Of a stretch of DNA of 63,695 bases, positions 29,318-38,866 are shown one piece after another. A model generated the notes under the pieces. The model had not been told where the DNA came from, did not search any database, and worked only from the letters and a program-made list of their open reading frames with translations. Each line of letters opens with the position of its first letter. The stretch's first letter is position 1. The DNA lies in IMG/VR virus record IMGVR_UViG_3300021389_000006; one strand, written 5' to 3'. The stretch is from an uncultured virus (IMG/VR IMGVR_UViG_3300021389_000006) (Duplodnaviria; Heunggongvirae; Uroviricota; Caudoviricetes). A program made the translations under genes and the position numbers.

Positions 29318-30270
29318 CTCCTTTCTTGTTGACCTGGGGTAGGCATTTCTTCTATCTGCATTTGTTCAAACTTTGCTCTAAAGAATGACATTCTTGCATC
29401 ACCATTTCTAGCTTTTAAGAAGTGAAGAACTAAAGTTCTATCATTTTCTATTATATATCTATCAGGCCCATAGAATCTAATCTTTTGTTTAGCTGGTCTG
29501 TTGATACCTACTAACATATCTGCATGTTGTAGCATTGCATCTGAGCCAAATATGTCTGACTCAAGTATATAGTTACCATACTTACCATCTATAGCCCTAT
29601 CTGGGTTATCTATATTTCTATTAAGTTGTGATAAAGCAATAAACAAACATGGATAATCTCTCTTACACTGTGTAAAGAACTCACCCAACTCAAATAACAT
29701 ATCTAATGTGCTATTCTGATAAGGTGCTCTTTTAACTAACATAGTGTGGTCAAGTGTTATCATTGTATTTACTCCTTTATGTATATTCATATAAGCATCT
29801 ATCTGTTCACGCATTTGGTTTACAGTCATAGGTGTACTAATTATATCTACTGGATGCTTTACTCTTTCTTTAGCATACTGATGACATGTGTTTAATGTAT
29901 CTGTACTTAAAGTAGATCCGGCACTACATAATTCTTTATAGGTTTTACCAGTTATAGAACTAAACTCTCTAATAGCTGAGGTTCTACCTACCATCTCAAA
30001 CTGAAACTCTAATACTCTGAACTTATCATTTGGATTTAAAGCAAATGATTCTCTTATAATTTGGTCCTTAATAAGTGTTTTACCTGAGCCAGGTCTACCA
30101 CCAATTACAGTTAATGTATTCCACTCTATACCATCAGTAGCAGCGTCATTAAACTTAGGCCAAGGTGTATATATAGATTTCTCCTCTCCAGTTGATCTCT
30201 TAAACATATATTTAAGAGCTTCATTGAAAGCTGCATATTGCCCAACCCATGCTTCTGATGTTTTTTTCAT
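29314..30270 (-). CDS. dnaB: DnaB-like replicative helicase (RecA domain only)
   Basis: GRPGSGKT, FEM, LDH, LSQLNR, SDIFGSD....AD, LKARNG. Confidence 0.9.
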   Translation of the reverse strand: MKKTSEAWVGQYAAFNEALKYMFKRSTGEEKSIYTPWPKFNDAATDGIEWNTLTVIGGRPGSGKTLIKDQIIRESFALNPNDKFRVLEFQFEMVGRTSAIREFSSITGKTYKELCSAGSTLSTDTLNTCHQYAKERVKHPVDIISTPMTVNQMREQIDAYMNIHKGVNTMITLDHTMLVKRAPYQNSTLDMLFELGEFFTQCKRDYPCLFIALSQLNRNIDNPDRAIDGKYGNYILESDIFGSDAMLQHADMLVGINRPAKQKIRFYGPDRYIIENDRTLVLHFLKARNGDARMSFFRAKFEQMQIEEMPTPGQQERR

Positions 30271-30857
30271 ACTACGTTTTCTTTAAAGTGTTCTTCTTCA
30301 GTTTCTATTCCATCAATAATCATATCACAATAATCTGCCAAAGTTGAATGTTTAACTCTATGCTTATCTTGTTTAGATATAAAGTATTGACTGGTTTGCA
30401 TATACAGGTATTCTTTATCTCTGTACTCATTGACATACATCTTAGTTGCTTTGATTATCTCATCCCAACTATAGTCATATGTTTCAAAGAACCATCTAAA
30501 GTTTTCACCTAATGCTTTGATATTATTTCTTGCAGGCTTACCGCTTGGTAATTTTTTAGCAGGAAATATTTCCCTATAGGTATGAATCTTATCATTGAAG
30601 TTCTTACCCATAAGTTGTATATCTGTTTTCTTTTTGGCTTTTATAAAATAATTATCAAGCCTAACACAAAAAGCTTTTGCTTCTGGTGTCATTGTATAAA
30701 GGCCATCTGCTTTTACAAGCATGCCTAATTTTACTAAATCTTCTTTATCTTCAGCTTTAATCTTGGGTAATGAAATTCCTTGCTTGATCCCAAATAGGAT
30801 CAGACATTGGTTTGGAGTCATCTTTCTCTTCAAGATTTGCTGGAACAGTTCCCACAT
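30267..30857 (-). CDS. Putative replication initiator/helicase loader
   Basis: Coupled to dnaB; YREIFP...PSG and YMQTSQYFI motifs; function inferred from position. Confidence 0.5.
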   Translation of the reverse strand: MWELFQQILKRKMTPNQCLILFGIKQGISLPKIKAEDKEDLVKLGMLVKADGLYTMTPEAKAFCVRLDNYFIKAKKKTDIQLMGKNFNDKIHTYREIFPAKKLPSGKPARNNIKALGENFRWFFETYDYSWDEIIKATKMYVNEYRDKEYLYMQTSQYFISKQDKHRVKHSTLADYCDMIIDGIETEEEHFKENVV

Positions 30858-31275
30858 ATTCTATTAGTTTTGACATTAATTTATCAAATGTTTCTATAAT
30901 CTCTCTGTCCTTTGCAAAGAAAGCATTTTCCATCATTCTACATGAGTTAATCACTGTTGCGTGATTCTTTCCTATGGATCTAGCTATGCTTGTTTTAGTA
31001 TGACCATCTTGCCATGCTATATAACACATAGTTTGTATCCACTTTACATAATCTCTTTTTCTAAGTCTTGTACCTGAAATCTTTTTTATGTATTTGAACT
31101 CTGGGTTGTTCTCATGTATAACTGCTAAAGTAACTTTATGATACTCATCTAAAGGTATCCTGTATCTTTCTTCTGAGGGAGTAAAAACATAGAGTGTTAC
31201 ACCATGCTTTTTTCTAAAAGCTTTTTTAAAGGCTTCTATCTCTTTTCTCTGTTTAACTTGTTGATTTTGAGACAT
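30757..31275 (-). CDS. DnaA C-terminal-like HTH protein
   Basis: RKRDYV...SIARSIGKNHATVINSCR resembles the DnaA domain IV signature. Confidence 0.75.
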   Translation of the reverse strand: MSQNQQVKQRKEIEAFKKAFRKKHGVTLYVFTPSEERYRIPLDEYHKVTLAVIHENNPEFKYIKKISGTRLRKRDYVKWIQTMCYIAWQDGHTKTSIARSIGKNHATVINSCRMMENAFFAKDREIIETFDKLMSKLIEYVGTVPANLEEKDDSKPMSDPIWDQARNFITQD

Positions 31276-31313
31276 TTATATTTTGGTTTTATAGGTTATA
31301 AATATAAGTAAAT

Positions 31314-32033
31314 TTACCAGTTTATGCAATCTTTTCCTTGCTTTTTTAGCTCTTCATTTGCTTGGTTAAATACATCTTTACAATCCCATTCTCCACCTCT
31401 ATATGCAGCTGATGCTGGGTGAGGACATTTAAGGATTATACAGTCTGGTAACAAAGTTTGCCATTCTTCTGCTTTCTTTCCCATTAGAATAACAATAGTC
31501 TTTTTTTTATGCCTATTTATATTATCAAATAGGTATTGAGTAAATGGTTTCCATATGTGATAATGTGAGCCTATCTTATTGATCTCTACAGTAAATGCTG
31601 TATTAAGTAACAGCACACCCTGGTTAGCCCAACGTCTTAAGTCACATTCTTCTGGTGTATATATAACTCTACCTGTGTCAGTATAATCACCCATAGTTTG
31701 TTTGAGTATGTATTGCAGGGATTTTTCTGCTTTACCTTTTCTGCTACAACTAAATGCAATACCATCTGCAACTCCAAGCTGCGGGTATGGATCTTGTCCA
31801 ACTATAATAACTTTAACATCATCATAAGGACACTCATAAAATGCTGTGAATATATCTTTAAATCTTGGTGTAAATCTTTTACCTGAATTAACTAGTTGAA
31901 CTAACTTGTTAACTACTACGTCAAAGTCTAGACCATTTATATAAGGAGATAACATCTTATGCCATCCACTTTCTATTAGTTTTTGATTAAGGGTTTCTCT
32001 GAGTTTTATTATGTTTATTTCAATATTTTCCAT
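31314..32033 (-). CDS. ung: Uracil-DNA glycosylase family 1
   Basis: VIIVGQDPYPQ, ADGIAFS, WANQGVLLLNTAFT, HPASA. Confidence 0.95.
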   Translation of the reverse strand: MENIEINIIKLRETLNQKLIESGWHKMLSPYINGLDFDVVVNKLVQLVNSGKRFTPRFKDIFTAFYECPYDDVKVIIVGQDPYPQLGVADGIAFSCSRKGKAEKSLQYILKQTMGDYTDTGRVIYTPEECDLRRWANQGVLLLNTAFTVEINKIGSHYHIWKPFTQYLFDNINRHKKKTIVILMGKKAEEWQTLLPDCIILKCPHPASAAYRGGEWDCKDVFNQANEELKKQGKDCINW

Positions 32034-32059
32034 ATCTTTGCTTTATTAAAAATTTTATT

Positions 32060-32515
32060 ATGTCTGAAAAAGTTAGGAAACAAAAGATTGAGCAATATGA
32101 TTACAACAAGATTATTAAAAATCTTGAAGTACATCCATCATATATTCAGGGCTTACAAAGAGTTGTATCTAAAATGATGCTTGCAGGCTCTGAGGAACAA
32201 CAATTAGCTATACCTCAAGCTATTGAAAAGTTCAATAAAATTATATTCTTTGATCCTGAAAAATCTGATTATAAAATAGCAGACATCCAAATGGATGAAT
32301 GGGAATCAGATATATATGTGCTTATGTCTTTAATTCAATTGTTTAAATATCATGCTAATGATCAAGGAATAACATCTGAAGTAGAGGTTGATGTCCGTGA
32401 AGATTTACATAAAGACTTTTTAAACCAAATGCAAAATGGTGAAGGTATAACACAAGAGTTTGTAGATGAAGTTAATCAGCTTGGTAAAAAAATTGATATT
32501 CTAAGAAAAGTATAA
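32060..32515 (+). CDS. Hypothetical protein, lone plus-strand gene in the minus arm
   Basis: Fills the gap exactly; TATCTTTG at 32033-32040 upstream. Confidence 0.8.
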   Translation: MSEKVRKQKIEQYDYNKIIKNLEVHPSYIQGLQRVVSKMMLAGSEEQQLAIPQAIEKFNKIIFFDPEKSDYKIADIQMDEWESDIYVLMSLIQLFKYHANDQGITSEVEVDVREDLHKDFLNQMQNGEGITQEFVDEVNQLGKKIDILRKV

Positions 32516-32518
32516 CAA

Positions 32519-32902
32519 TTATCTCAATTGCATACCTGCAAAGTCTCCTATTTCTATTGCTGCTTGTATAGCTAGGTTAAGCTCTTCTTTATCACACTTA
32601 GCAAATGATTTACAATGTTCAACATTGTTCTTCATAAAACATAAGCCTGATTTTCTTTTTACTTGTAATTTTACTTCTTCAAATGTATAACCAAGTTCAT
32701 TGGCTATCTCTCTTATCATAGCATGTACTCTAGCTAGTTGAGGGTTACTACCCTTACCATCTTGTACACCTATAAATAATTCTACACGAACACCATCTGG
32801 TAGTTCTTTCAGAAACTTATTATATTTAGTTTCAAATGCTTTTATAGGGAAGTGTAACTTACCTTCCTTGATTGTGGCTTGTACAAATAGTTGATCTTTC
32901 AT
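32519..32902 (-). CDS. NinB-like protein
   Basis: SNPQLARVHAMIREIA..LGYTFEEVK...KSFAKCDKEEL. Confidence 0.55.
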   Translation of the reverse strand: MKDQLFVQATIKEGKLHFPIKAFETKYNKFLKELPDGVRVELFIGVQDGKGSNPQLARVHAMIREIANELGYTFEEVKLQVKRKSGLCFMKNNVEHCKSFAKCDKEELNLAIQAAIEIGDFAGMQLR

Positions 32903-33078
32903 GATATAAGTCCTATGGCTTTACATATCATACATATTATAAAAATTACAAATGCAGAGAGTATTGTCATCTCTACCATTCTATAATTGCTTTCTATTTG
33001 TCTTGGAGATCTACCTTGTGATTTTCTGTAGTCCCATTTTTTGAGGATTTCTTTACCCTCATTTATCCAATGCTTCAT
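32899..33078 (-). CDS. Small membrane protein with QGRSPRQ motif
   Basis: Manual translation MKHWINEG...QGRSPRQIESNYRMVEMTILSAFVIFIICMICKAIGLIS; ATGA overlap. Confidence 0.55.
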   Translation of the reverse strand: MKHWINEGKEILKKWDYRKSQGRSPRQIESNYRMVEMTILSAFVIFIICMICKAIGLIS

Positions 33079-33325
33079 CTTTTATATATTTTTCAATTAA
33101 CAGTATAGCCACATCCAGACTTCTTTGAGAAGTACCCGGATGTGTCTCTACCTTGTCTAACAAACTAACTACATCAACTAAAACATGCATCACCTTCTAT
33201 TTTGTAAATCCCAATCCCAGCAATAATCTGGGTCATGTGGATCTAATTCAACTTTGGATGAGTCAATTACCCATCTTCCATTGGTAAATATATAGGTTTT
33301 TCCGTTAACTATTCTGGTTTCTTTA

Positions 33326-33598
33326 TTATGATTCTTCATGATAGTCTATTATTTCTTGTTCAACATCATCTGTATCTATATCATATAAGTGTTCTAATAA
33401 AGGCCATATATCTACTTTTATTCTAACATCATTTATGTCAGATAAAACTAGCATAGCTTTATATAAATTTACTTCAGGACCTGATCCTGGATGACCTGGG
33501 TCACCATTAGGTAAAGTCCATACTTCTGGTTCTCCTGGTTCATAATTGTAATGGAATTCTATAATTAGATTTTCTCCATATTCATAATCCCAAACCAT
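33326..33598 (-). CDS. Acidic hypothetical protein
   Basis: YEPGEP....PNGDPGHPGSGP motif. Confidence 0.7.
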   Translation of the reverse strand: MVWDYEYGENLIIEFHYNYEPGEPEVWTLPNGDPGHPGSGPEVNLYKAMLVLSDINDVRIKVDIWPLLEHLYDIDTDDVEQEIIDYHEES

Positions 33599-33831
33599 TA
33601 AGCAAATCTTTTTTGTCCATCTACATATACATACTCAATACCACAAGCCTCACATACAGCTGAGTCTTCATTGCGTACTATAACAGGTGTGTCACAGTTA
33701 CCACAGTGTTCATCTTCCATATGTACAAACTCTTCACAAGATTGCCTTGCCATGTCTTGAATATATGCATCATGGTCCCCGTTGTATTCACGTTCAACCA
33801 TTTCCATAAATATTTCTTTCATCTTACCCAT
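33598..33831 (-). CDS. Small zinc-ribbon protein
   Basis: MGKMKE start; CGNC...CEAC. Confidence 0.7.
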   Translation of the reverse strand: MGKMKEIFMEMVEREYNGDHDAYIQDMARQSCEEFVHMEDEHCGNCDTPVIVRNEDSAVCEACGIEYVYVDGQKRFA

Positions 33832-34008
33832 GACTCATATCTTTTTGTAGATTTACCATCCCACTTAGCGTGATAGTATTCTGGGTTCTTAAGTACTCTA
33901 ATGATACCATACAGGTTCATCATTCTAAATAATTTTATCATCTTTTTGAATTTAATTTTGCTTGGCTCCAAAACAAGAGCATAAGCAATGAAGTTATTAA
34001 TAATGTTT

Positions 34009-35169
34009 TCATCTATTTAAAGGGTTATAACGTTTAATTTTATTCTGATCAAAGCCACTAGTAGCAGCCTCAACCCATTTAACATCTTGCGTCCCTTTGT
34101 AACACAGTATGTGACAAGTTGCTGTCTCAGTAGGATTAAGTCTTAATAATCTACCAATTCTCTGTGCTGTCTTCTTTTCATTACCATATGCATGCATTAT
34201 AATACCCTGTTTTAAGTTGGGAATTGTAACACCTTCTGATAATTGTAACACGCATGATAACTGGTTGATCCTACCATCAGAGAACAGTTCTAAGTTCTCT
34301 TCTGATTTAGGATTACCAGAATGATAACTATGCTTACATATTCTGTCTGCTTGCTTCTGAGTATTAGCAAAGACAATACATTGACTGTCTATGTTTTTTA
34401 ATATACTCTTTACATAGCTCTCTTTACTTGTATAATCCATCAAAGCTCTCATCCTCATAATTCTTGCAAACTGAATTTGCTTTTGAGTCTGAGCTTCTGC
34501 TAATCTAGACGTTACATAGTTATAATCCTTTTCTTCTGATGTCCACCAGTGTCCTCCATTCTTGTTCTTCTTTTTTAAAGAAGGTAGCTTGGAGAGCTCT
34601 AGCTCATGAATAATTATTTTATAGTCATTTAATATCTTAGAGTCAGTTGCACTGTCCACGGTAAATATATACTTAATAGGACAATACTTCTGAACAAGCA
34701 TACCTTTCTCTGATGTCTTGTTTTTTGGTGGTGTACCTGTTAAGCCTAAGATCTTACCTGCGTAAGGACCTAAGAATACTTCATGAGAATACTTGAGTGA
34801 ATGACATTCATCTAGATAGACAATATCATAATCATTATGGTTATGTTTTTTTAGTGATAGATAAGTTGTGAAAGTGATCACATCTAATAACATGCTTGCT
34901 TGCATTTTTATTAATTCATCTATCCATGATTGTTTTACTGAATTTTTAGGTATAACAACCAGTACTGATATTAATGGATTATAGTTGGCCATTAGGTGTT
35001 GTATAGCAATTCTTGTCTTGCCTACACCCATGGATATACCTAATCCACATCTTTTATATTTTTTTGCTATTGATAGTGCGTCAGATTGTACTACTTCCCT
35101 AGCAGCTGAGCTAGATAGTTTAGTATTGGATACCATAGTGCTATAGTTATTAAGATTATTATTAACCAC
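34009..35169 (-). CDS. Superfamily 2 helicase (DExH)
   Basis: SMGVGKT, DECH, GLTGT, LSEGVTIP, QRIGRLLR; true start may be 35136. Confidence 0.9.
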   Translation of the reverse strand: MVNNNLNNYSTMVSNTKLSSSAAREVVQSDALSIAKKYKRCGLGISMGVGKTRIAIQHLMANYNPLISVLVVIPKNSVKQSWIDELIKMQASMLLDVITFTTYLSLKKHNHNDYDIVYLDECHSLKYSHEVFLGPYAGKILGLTGTPPKNKTSEKGMLVQKYCPIKYIFTVDSATDSKILNDYKIIIHELELSKLPSLKKKNKNGGHWWTSEEKDYNYVTSRLAEAQTQKQIQFARIMRMRALMDYTSKESYVKSILKNIDSQCIVFANTQKQADRICKHSYHSGNPKSEENLELFSDGRINQLSCVLQLSEGVTIPNLKQGIIMHAYGNEKKTAQRIGRLLRLNPTETATCHILCYKGTQDVKWVEAATSGFDQNKIKRYNPLNR

Positions 35170-35224
35170 ACTATTGTTTTCATGCAGTTGTTATTTTTTT
35201 GTTTCATAATTAGTTTAATTAAGG

Positions 35225-35298
35225 TGCACCCTACAGGACTTGAACCTGTGACCTACTCATTATGAGTGAGTTGCTCTAACCAACTGAGCTAAGAGTGC
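35225..35298 (-). tRNA. tRNA with CAT anticodon, probably Ile2 (lysidine), possibly elongator Met
   Basis: GCACTCTTAGCTCAGTTGGTTAGAGC-ACTCA CTCATAA TGAGT-GGTTCAAGTCC; C4-G69 pair. Confidence 0.9.
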
Positions 35299-35387
35299 TG
35301 GTAGCCGGAGTGGGACTTGAACCCACACGGGCAATACTGCCCAACAGATTTTAAGTCTGTCATGTCTACCAATTCCATCATCCGGCC
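35299..35387 (-). tRNA. trnL: tRNA-Leu(TAA)
   Basis: ACAGA CTTAAAA TCTGT anticodon arm, long variable arm, GGTTCAAGTCC, encoded CCA. Confidence 0.95.
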
Positions 35388-35392
35388 ATCTG

Positions 35393-35466
35393 TGATCCCA
35401 CTAGGATTTGAACCTAGAACCTACAGCTTAGAAGGCTGTTGCTCTATCCAGTTGAGCTATGGGACC
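35393..35466 (-). tRNA. trnR: tRNA-Arg(TCT)
   Basis: GGTCCCATAGCTCAACTGGATAGAGC; ACAGC CTTCTAA GCTGT; GGTTCAAATCC. Confidence 0.95.
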
Positions 35467-35472
35467 ATAAAA

Positions 35473-35742
35473 TTATGATCTTGAGCCTGAGAATCCTAAT
35501 TCAAAGGATTCAGCTGGATGTTCTTCTATCCACATGTGACAGTTTCTACAAACTGGTAACCATGTAGATGTTTCTAAGTGGTATACACCACGGCCATGTT
35601 TATGATGTACATCTGTGGCATGTAAACTACACTTGTGTATTTTAGCATGACAGATTGGATTGTCTTGTAAATACTGCCTACGCTTTTTAGAATAGGCAGC
35701 ATTTATTTTAGACATCTTACTTGAGACTTTTTTGATACTCAT
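35473..35742 (-). CDS. Small HNH-type zinc-binding nuclease
   Basis: C......C...ATDVHH..GRG....WLPVCRNCH.WIE.HP. Confidence 0.75.
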   Translation of the reverse strand: MSIKKVSSKMSKINAAYSKKRRQYLQDNPICHAKIHKCSLHATDVHHKHGRGVYHLETSTWLPVCRNCHMWIEEHPAESFELGFSGSRS

Positions 35743-36259
35743 TTGGTTTTATTGTAAAGTAATTTTTAGGCAATAAGCCTAATGACATAAACTTTAGGAC
35801 AACATCTTCATAAGTAATACCTAAATCTCTAAAGGTCATTGTGTTATGATAGTCATCTAAGGTCTCCTCAGCTGGTATATTTGCAATATATTGTGCTAAT
35901 GGAGAGTGCTTAAAAGTGTCCCTAAGATACGCATTTATTTTCTTATTACAAAGTGTTTGTTTCCAAGCATTGATCTCTCTTTGCCCACGTTTCCAAACTT
36001 TAGAAATGCGTCTTCTTTTGTCCCAATGAAGTTTCTTAACTTCTTCAGGTTTATATACATTTAAACCATGTAATACACGTTTAAACAAAAAATGTTGATA
36101 TGGATTAAGTTTGCTGTATTCAAAAGAGTTGATAAGTGATGGTGGATGTAACTGGTATTCTTCCAGTATACCCAAGTATTGGTAACGCTCAATGCGTCTG
36201 CTTAAGATTAGTTGTTCTTCATTAAGTTTTAGTTTTTGGATTTGTTCATGAGATAGCAT
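35717..36259 (-). CDS. Hypothetical protein
   Basis: Clean 180-aa ORF in the operon. Confidence 0.75.
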   Translation of the reverse strand: MLSHEQIQKLKLNEEQLILSRRIERYQYLGILEEYQLHPPSLINSFEYSKLNPYQHFLFKRVLHGLNVYKPEEVKKLHWDKRRRISKVWKRGQREINAWKQTLCNKKINAYLRDTFKHSPLAQYIANIPAEETLDDYHNTMTFRDLGITYEDVVLKFMSLGLLPKNYFTIKPNEYQKSLK

Positions 36260-36384
36260 AGTGTGTTTATTAAAGTTTAGTAATTATTTAGTATTATATA
36301 AAAAAATGAGAAAGGCATTGTCACATATAGACCTCATTTAATACTCCTCTGATGGAGTAACCTTACGCATTCTCTAGAAAATTC

Positions 36385-36966
36385 TTATAGTTCAAATGTT
36401 TCAGCTTCTGCTTCTTCTAGAACTTCTTCTTTTTCTTCTTCTACTACTTCATTACTAACTTCTTCCTCTTCTTTCTCTTCAACATTAACTCCAAAAGCTT
36501 GTGCTGATGTTGGCTTAGCACTATTAGCATCTAACATGCTAGCAGAACCATTAGCTTCTCTTATGTCAGCACCATTGGTATGAGTTAATAGGACATCCTG
36601 TGCATTTACATCTGGTGTAAAGAATGTCTTTCTATAAATTGGTTGACCATCTACACAGCATATGATACCTGTATCACCTGCATATTTATAGTCTCTGTCA
36701 GGATCATTAGTGCTGAATGGCTCTAATTGCTCTCTAACTTGGATTTTACCAGCAAGTGATTGACCTGCTTTCCAATTCATTTCTTGTAAATCTTCTAGTT
36801 TACCGTGTATCAACGTTGATAAATTAGAACTTCTTACAAAGCTGCTATTTGTTCCAAAGGTTACTCTTTTTTGTTGTAGCCTTACATAGCCATACTCTGA
36901 ATTAGTGTTTGATTGGCGGATAACATTTCCCATGTCATCAGCAATGATGTTTACTTGATTTTGCAT
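36385..36966 (-). CDS. Hypothetical protein with acidic tail (possible OB-fold/SSB-like)
   Basis: Beta-rich core, KYAGDTGIIC..DGQPIYR, Glu-rich C-terminus ending TFEL. Confidence 0.65.
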   Translation of the reverse strand: MQNQVNIIADDMGNVIRQSNTNSEYGYVRLQQKRVTFGTNSSFVRSSNLSTLIHGKLEDLQEMNWKAGQSLAGKIQVREQLEPFSTNDPDRDYKYAGDTGIICCVDGQPIYRKTFFTPDVNAQDVLLTHTNGADIREANGSASMLDANSAKPTSAQAFGVNVEEKEEEEVSNEVVEEEKEEVLEEAEAETFEL

Positions 36967-37010
36967 TTTTAAAAAATTTAATGGATTAATAAAATAATTG
37001 TGATTGATGA

Positions 37011-37280
37011 CTACACGTCATCTGAATGAAAATATGGGTCATCTAGCTTTTCATAAGCTGTAAACTCATCTAGTGCAGGTTCATGTTCTTCTATATGTTC
37101 TATAGCTTCTTCAGTTACCTTACCAGAGTGTTTAGCAAACCTATTATAAAACGGGTCACCCACTTCCTTTGTATAAACAGAACTCAAACCATTAAGATCT
37201 TGATACTCTTCATCAGTTAATGAAAGGTATTGCTCTAATGAACACTCAATAATTCTGCCGTTTGGAAGTTGTAATATCAT
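37011..37280 (-). CDS. Acidic hypothetical protein
   Basis: QLPNGRII..SLEQYLSLTD; TATCTTTG at 37297-37304 upstream. Confidence 0.75.
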   Translation of the reverse strand: MILQLPNGRIIECSLEQYLSLTDEEYQDLNGLSSVYTKEVGDPFYNRFAKHSGKVTEEAIEHIEEHEPALDEFTAYEKLDDPYFHSDDV

Positions 37281-37356
37281 CTTTACTTTATTGTGTCAAA
37301 GATAATAATATAACTTGGTCTGCGTCAAGATTATTAATTGTATTTTAATGATTTCT

Positions 37357-37385
37357 GAAAATAAAAAGCATACATATAGCTAACG
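37357..37385 (-). promoter_or_regulatory. Upstream element CGTTAGCTATAT..TGCTTTTTATTTTCA
   Basis: Near-identical copy at 51554; both about 81 bp upstream of a promoter core. Confidence 0.5.
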
Positions 37386-37387
37386 TC

Positions 37388-37642
37388 TTATTTTATAGTT
37401 AACTTTCTGCCTACTCTTTTTATATATTTATGTTGTTTTAGCTCTTTAATCCATCTATTTACACTAGATTGACCTGAGTCAAGCTCATCTGCCAATCTAC
37501 TAATAGATGGCCAACAAACTCTCTCTTTATCTGCATAACAACATAATAAAGCATATAATGCTTTAGCTGATACTGATACAGCAGGATCTGTCATGACTTG
37601 GTGTTTTACAACTCCAAATCTTTTATTCTCTCTCCATGACAT
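37388..37642 (-). CDS. Winged HTH (HTH_36-like) protein
   Basis: SAKALYALL..YAD....CWPSISRLADEL....SSVNRWIKEL....YI. Confidence 0.85.
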   Translation of the reverse strand: MSWRENKRFGVVKHQVMTDPAVSVSAKALYALLCCYADKERVCWPSISRLADELDSGQSSVNRWIKELKQHKYIKRVGRKLTIK

Positions 37643-37811
37643 AATCCTTTAGTATTCTCAACATAGCCATATTGTTATCATACTCTTTTACAAGTGTGAC
37701 ATCATTAAGGTTATATTTTGTATTCATATATTCACCAAAACCAGTTGGTTTGCCATTTTTTCTATAAAGATTATACTCATCTTTAATTATATCTATTCTT
37801 AATTTAGGCAT
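37623..37811 (-). CDS. Hypothetical protein
   Basis: Overlaps neighbours on both sides. Confidence 0.65.
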   Translation of the reverse strand: MPKLRIDIIKDEYNLYRKNGKPTGFGEYMNTKYNLNDVTLVKEYDNNMAMLRILKDYVMERE

Positions 37812-38328
37812 CTTCTGTGATTTTTAGTGATAATTGTGACTTATCCTTGAAGTATTTGATATGACCCTTTGATACTTTTTTTATTTGCATTGGGTTAAGT
37901 GATACTTCATGAGTCTTTAACTGTTTCTGGTTGTCATGATACAACAGATCTATTTTTATAGAAGAGTAAAAAGGATTAAACTCCTCTGAACTACTCCATG
38001 ATCCATCATCAGTGACTACACCATACACCGTATTGGTATCTTCTTCACGCATAAGACCCATGTCTATTAAGACATCTTCCTCATACTCTGAACCTTTATG
38101 ATATTTTGGTGGCTTTACTTTTACATAATCACCTATTTGTACTGCTTTATACTCTTTATTCTTGAGCAGCAACGTGGTAATTATTTCTATATTACTATCA
38201 CTAAGCTCTCTTAAGAGTATATCTTTGACGTGATGGTAATTGTTTATATGTTTAAAATTATCTGGTGCAAGTATATTTTTAAATAGATCTTGCACAATTT
38301 CTTTATGTATTGAATATGTTTCTGACAT
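37804..38328 (-). CDS. Hypothetical protein
   Basis: Likely start MSETYS at 38328; the longer start lies inside a hairpin. Confidence 0.7.
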   Translation of the reverse strand: MSETYSIHKEIVQDLFKNILAPDNFKHINNYHHVKDILLRELSDSNIEIITTLLLKNKEYKAVQIGDYVKVKPPKYHKGSEYEEDVLIDMGLMREEDTNTVYGVVTDDGSWSSSEEFNPFYSSIKIDLLYHDNQKQLKTHEVSLNPMQIKKVSKGHIKYFKDKSQLSLKITEDA

Positions 38329-38478
38329 TGTTACGGTTTTAAAAACTATACTAGAGACAGGCAAACAAGTTATTATGAAAACAAACCCATCTTTAGTATA
38401 GTTATGACAAGGCCTAACTACACTAGCATTATATTATATTATAATACTGGTGTTGTTAGTACCTCACCTGTGAGACTT

Positions 38479-38838
38479 TTAAAGTGAATCTACTGCTTTT
38501 CTTTTAAACTCTATTGAGTAAAATGGCAATATAACGATCCACTTATATCCTCCATCATAACTGGAGTCTTGGTCAAATGCAATACCTAACCCAACAATAG
38601 GCATAAATTGCCCTGTTATGGTTGGTAATATCTTAGTCCTACTCATAAGAGCAAGATAGAATATTGCATTGACATAAGTTAATATTACTACACAGATTGC
38701 TAAAATCCAAGGGAAGTAACTCTCTATTTGAGAGTCACCATATTCCCTTAGACAATAAACAACACTAATTGTAGATAGGATTGGTAATATAAGTACGAAG
38801 ATTGCTTTAACTAGGATTTTTCCATAATTTGTTTTCAT
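38479..38838 (-). CDS. Membrane protein
   Basis: Two N-terminal hydrophobic helices and a beta-rich C-terminus. Confidence 0.75.
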   Translation of the reverse strand: MKTNYGKILVKAIFVLILPILSTISVVYCLREYGDSQIESYFPWILAICVVILTYVNAIFYLALMSRTKILPTITGQFMPIVGLGIAFDQDSSYDGGYKWIVILPFYSIEFKRKAVDSL

Positions 38839-38866
38839 AATAGTTTTAATTAGATTAGTGATTAGA

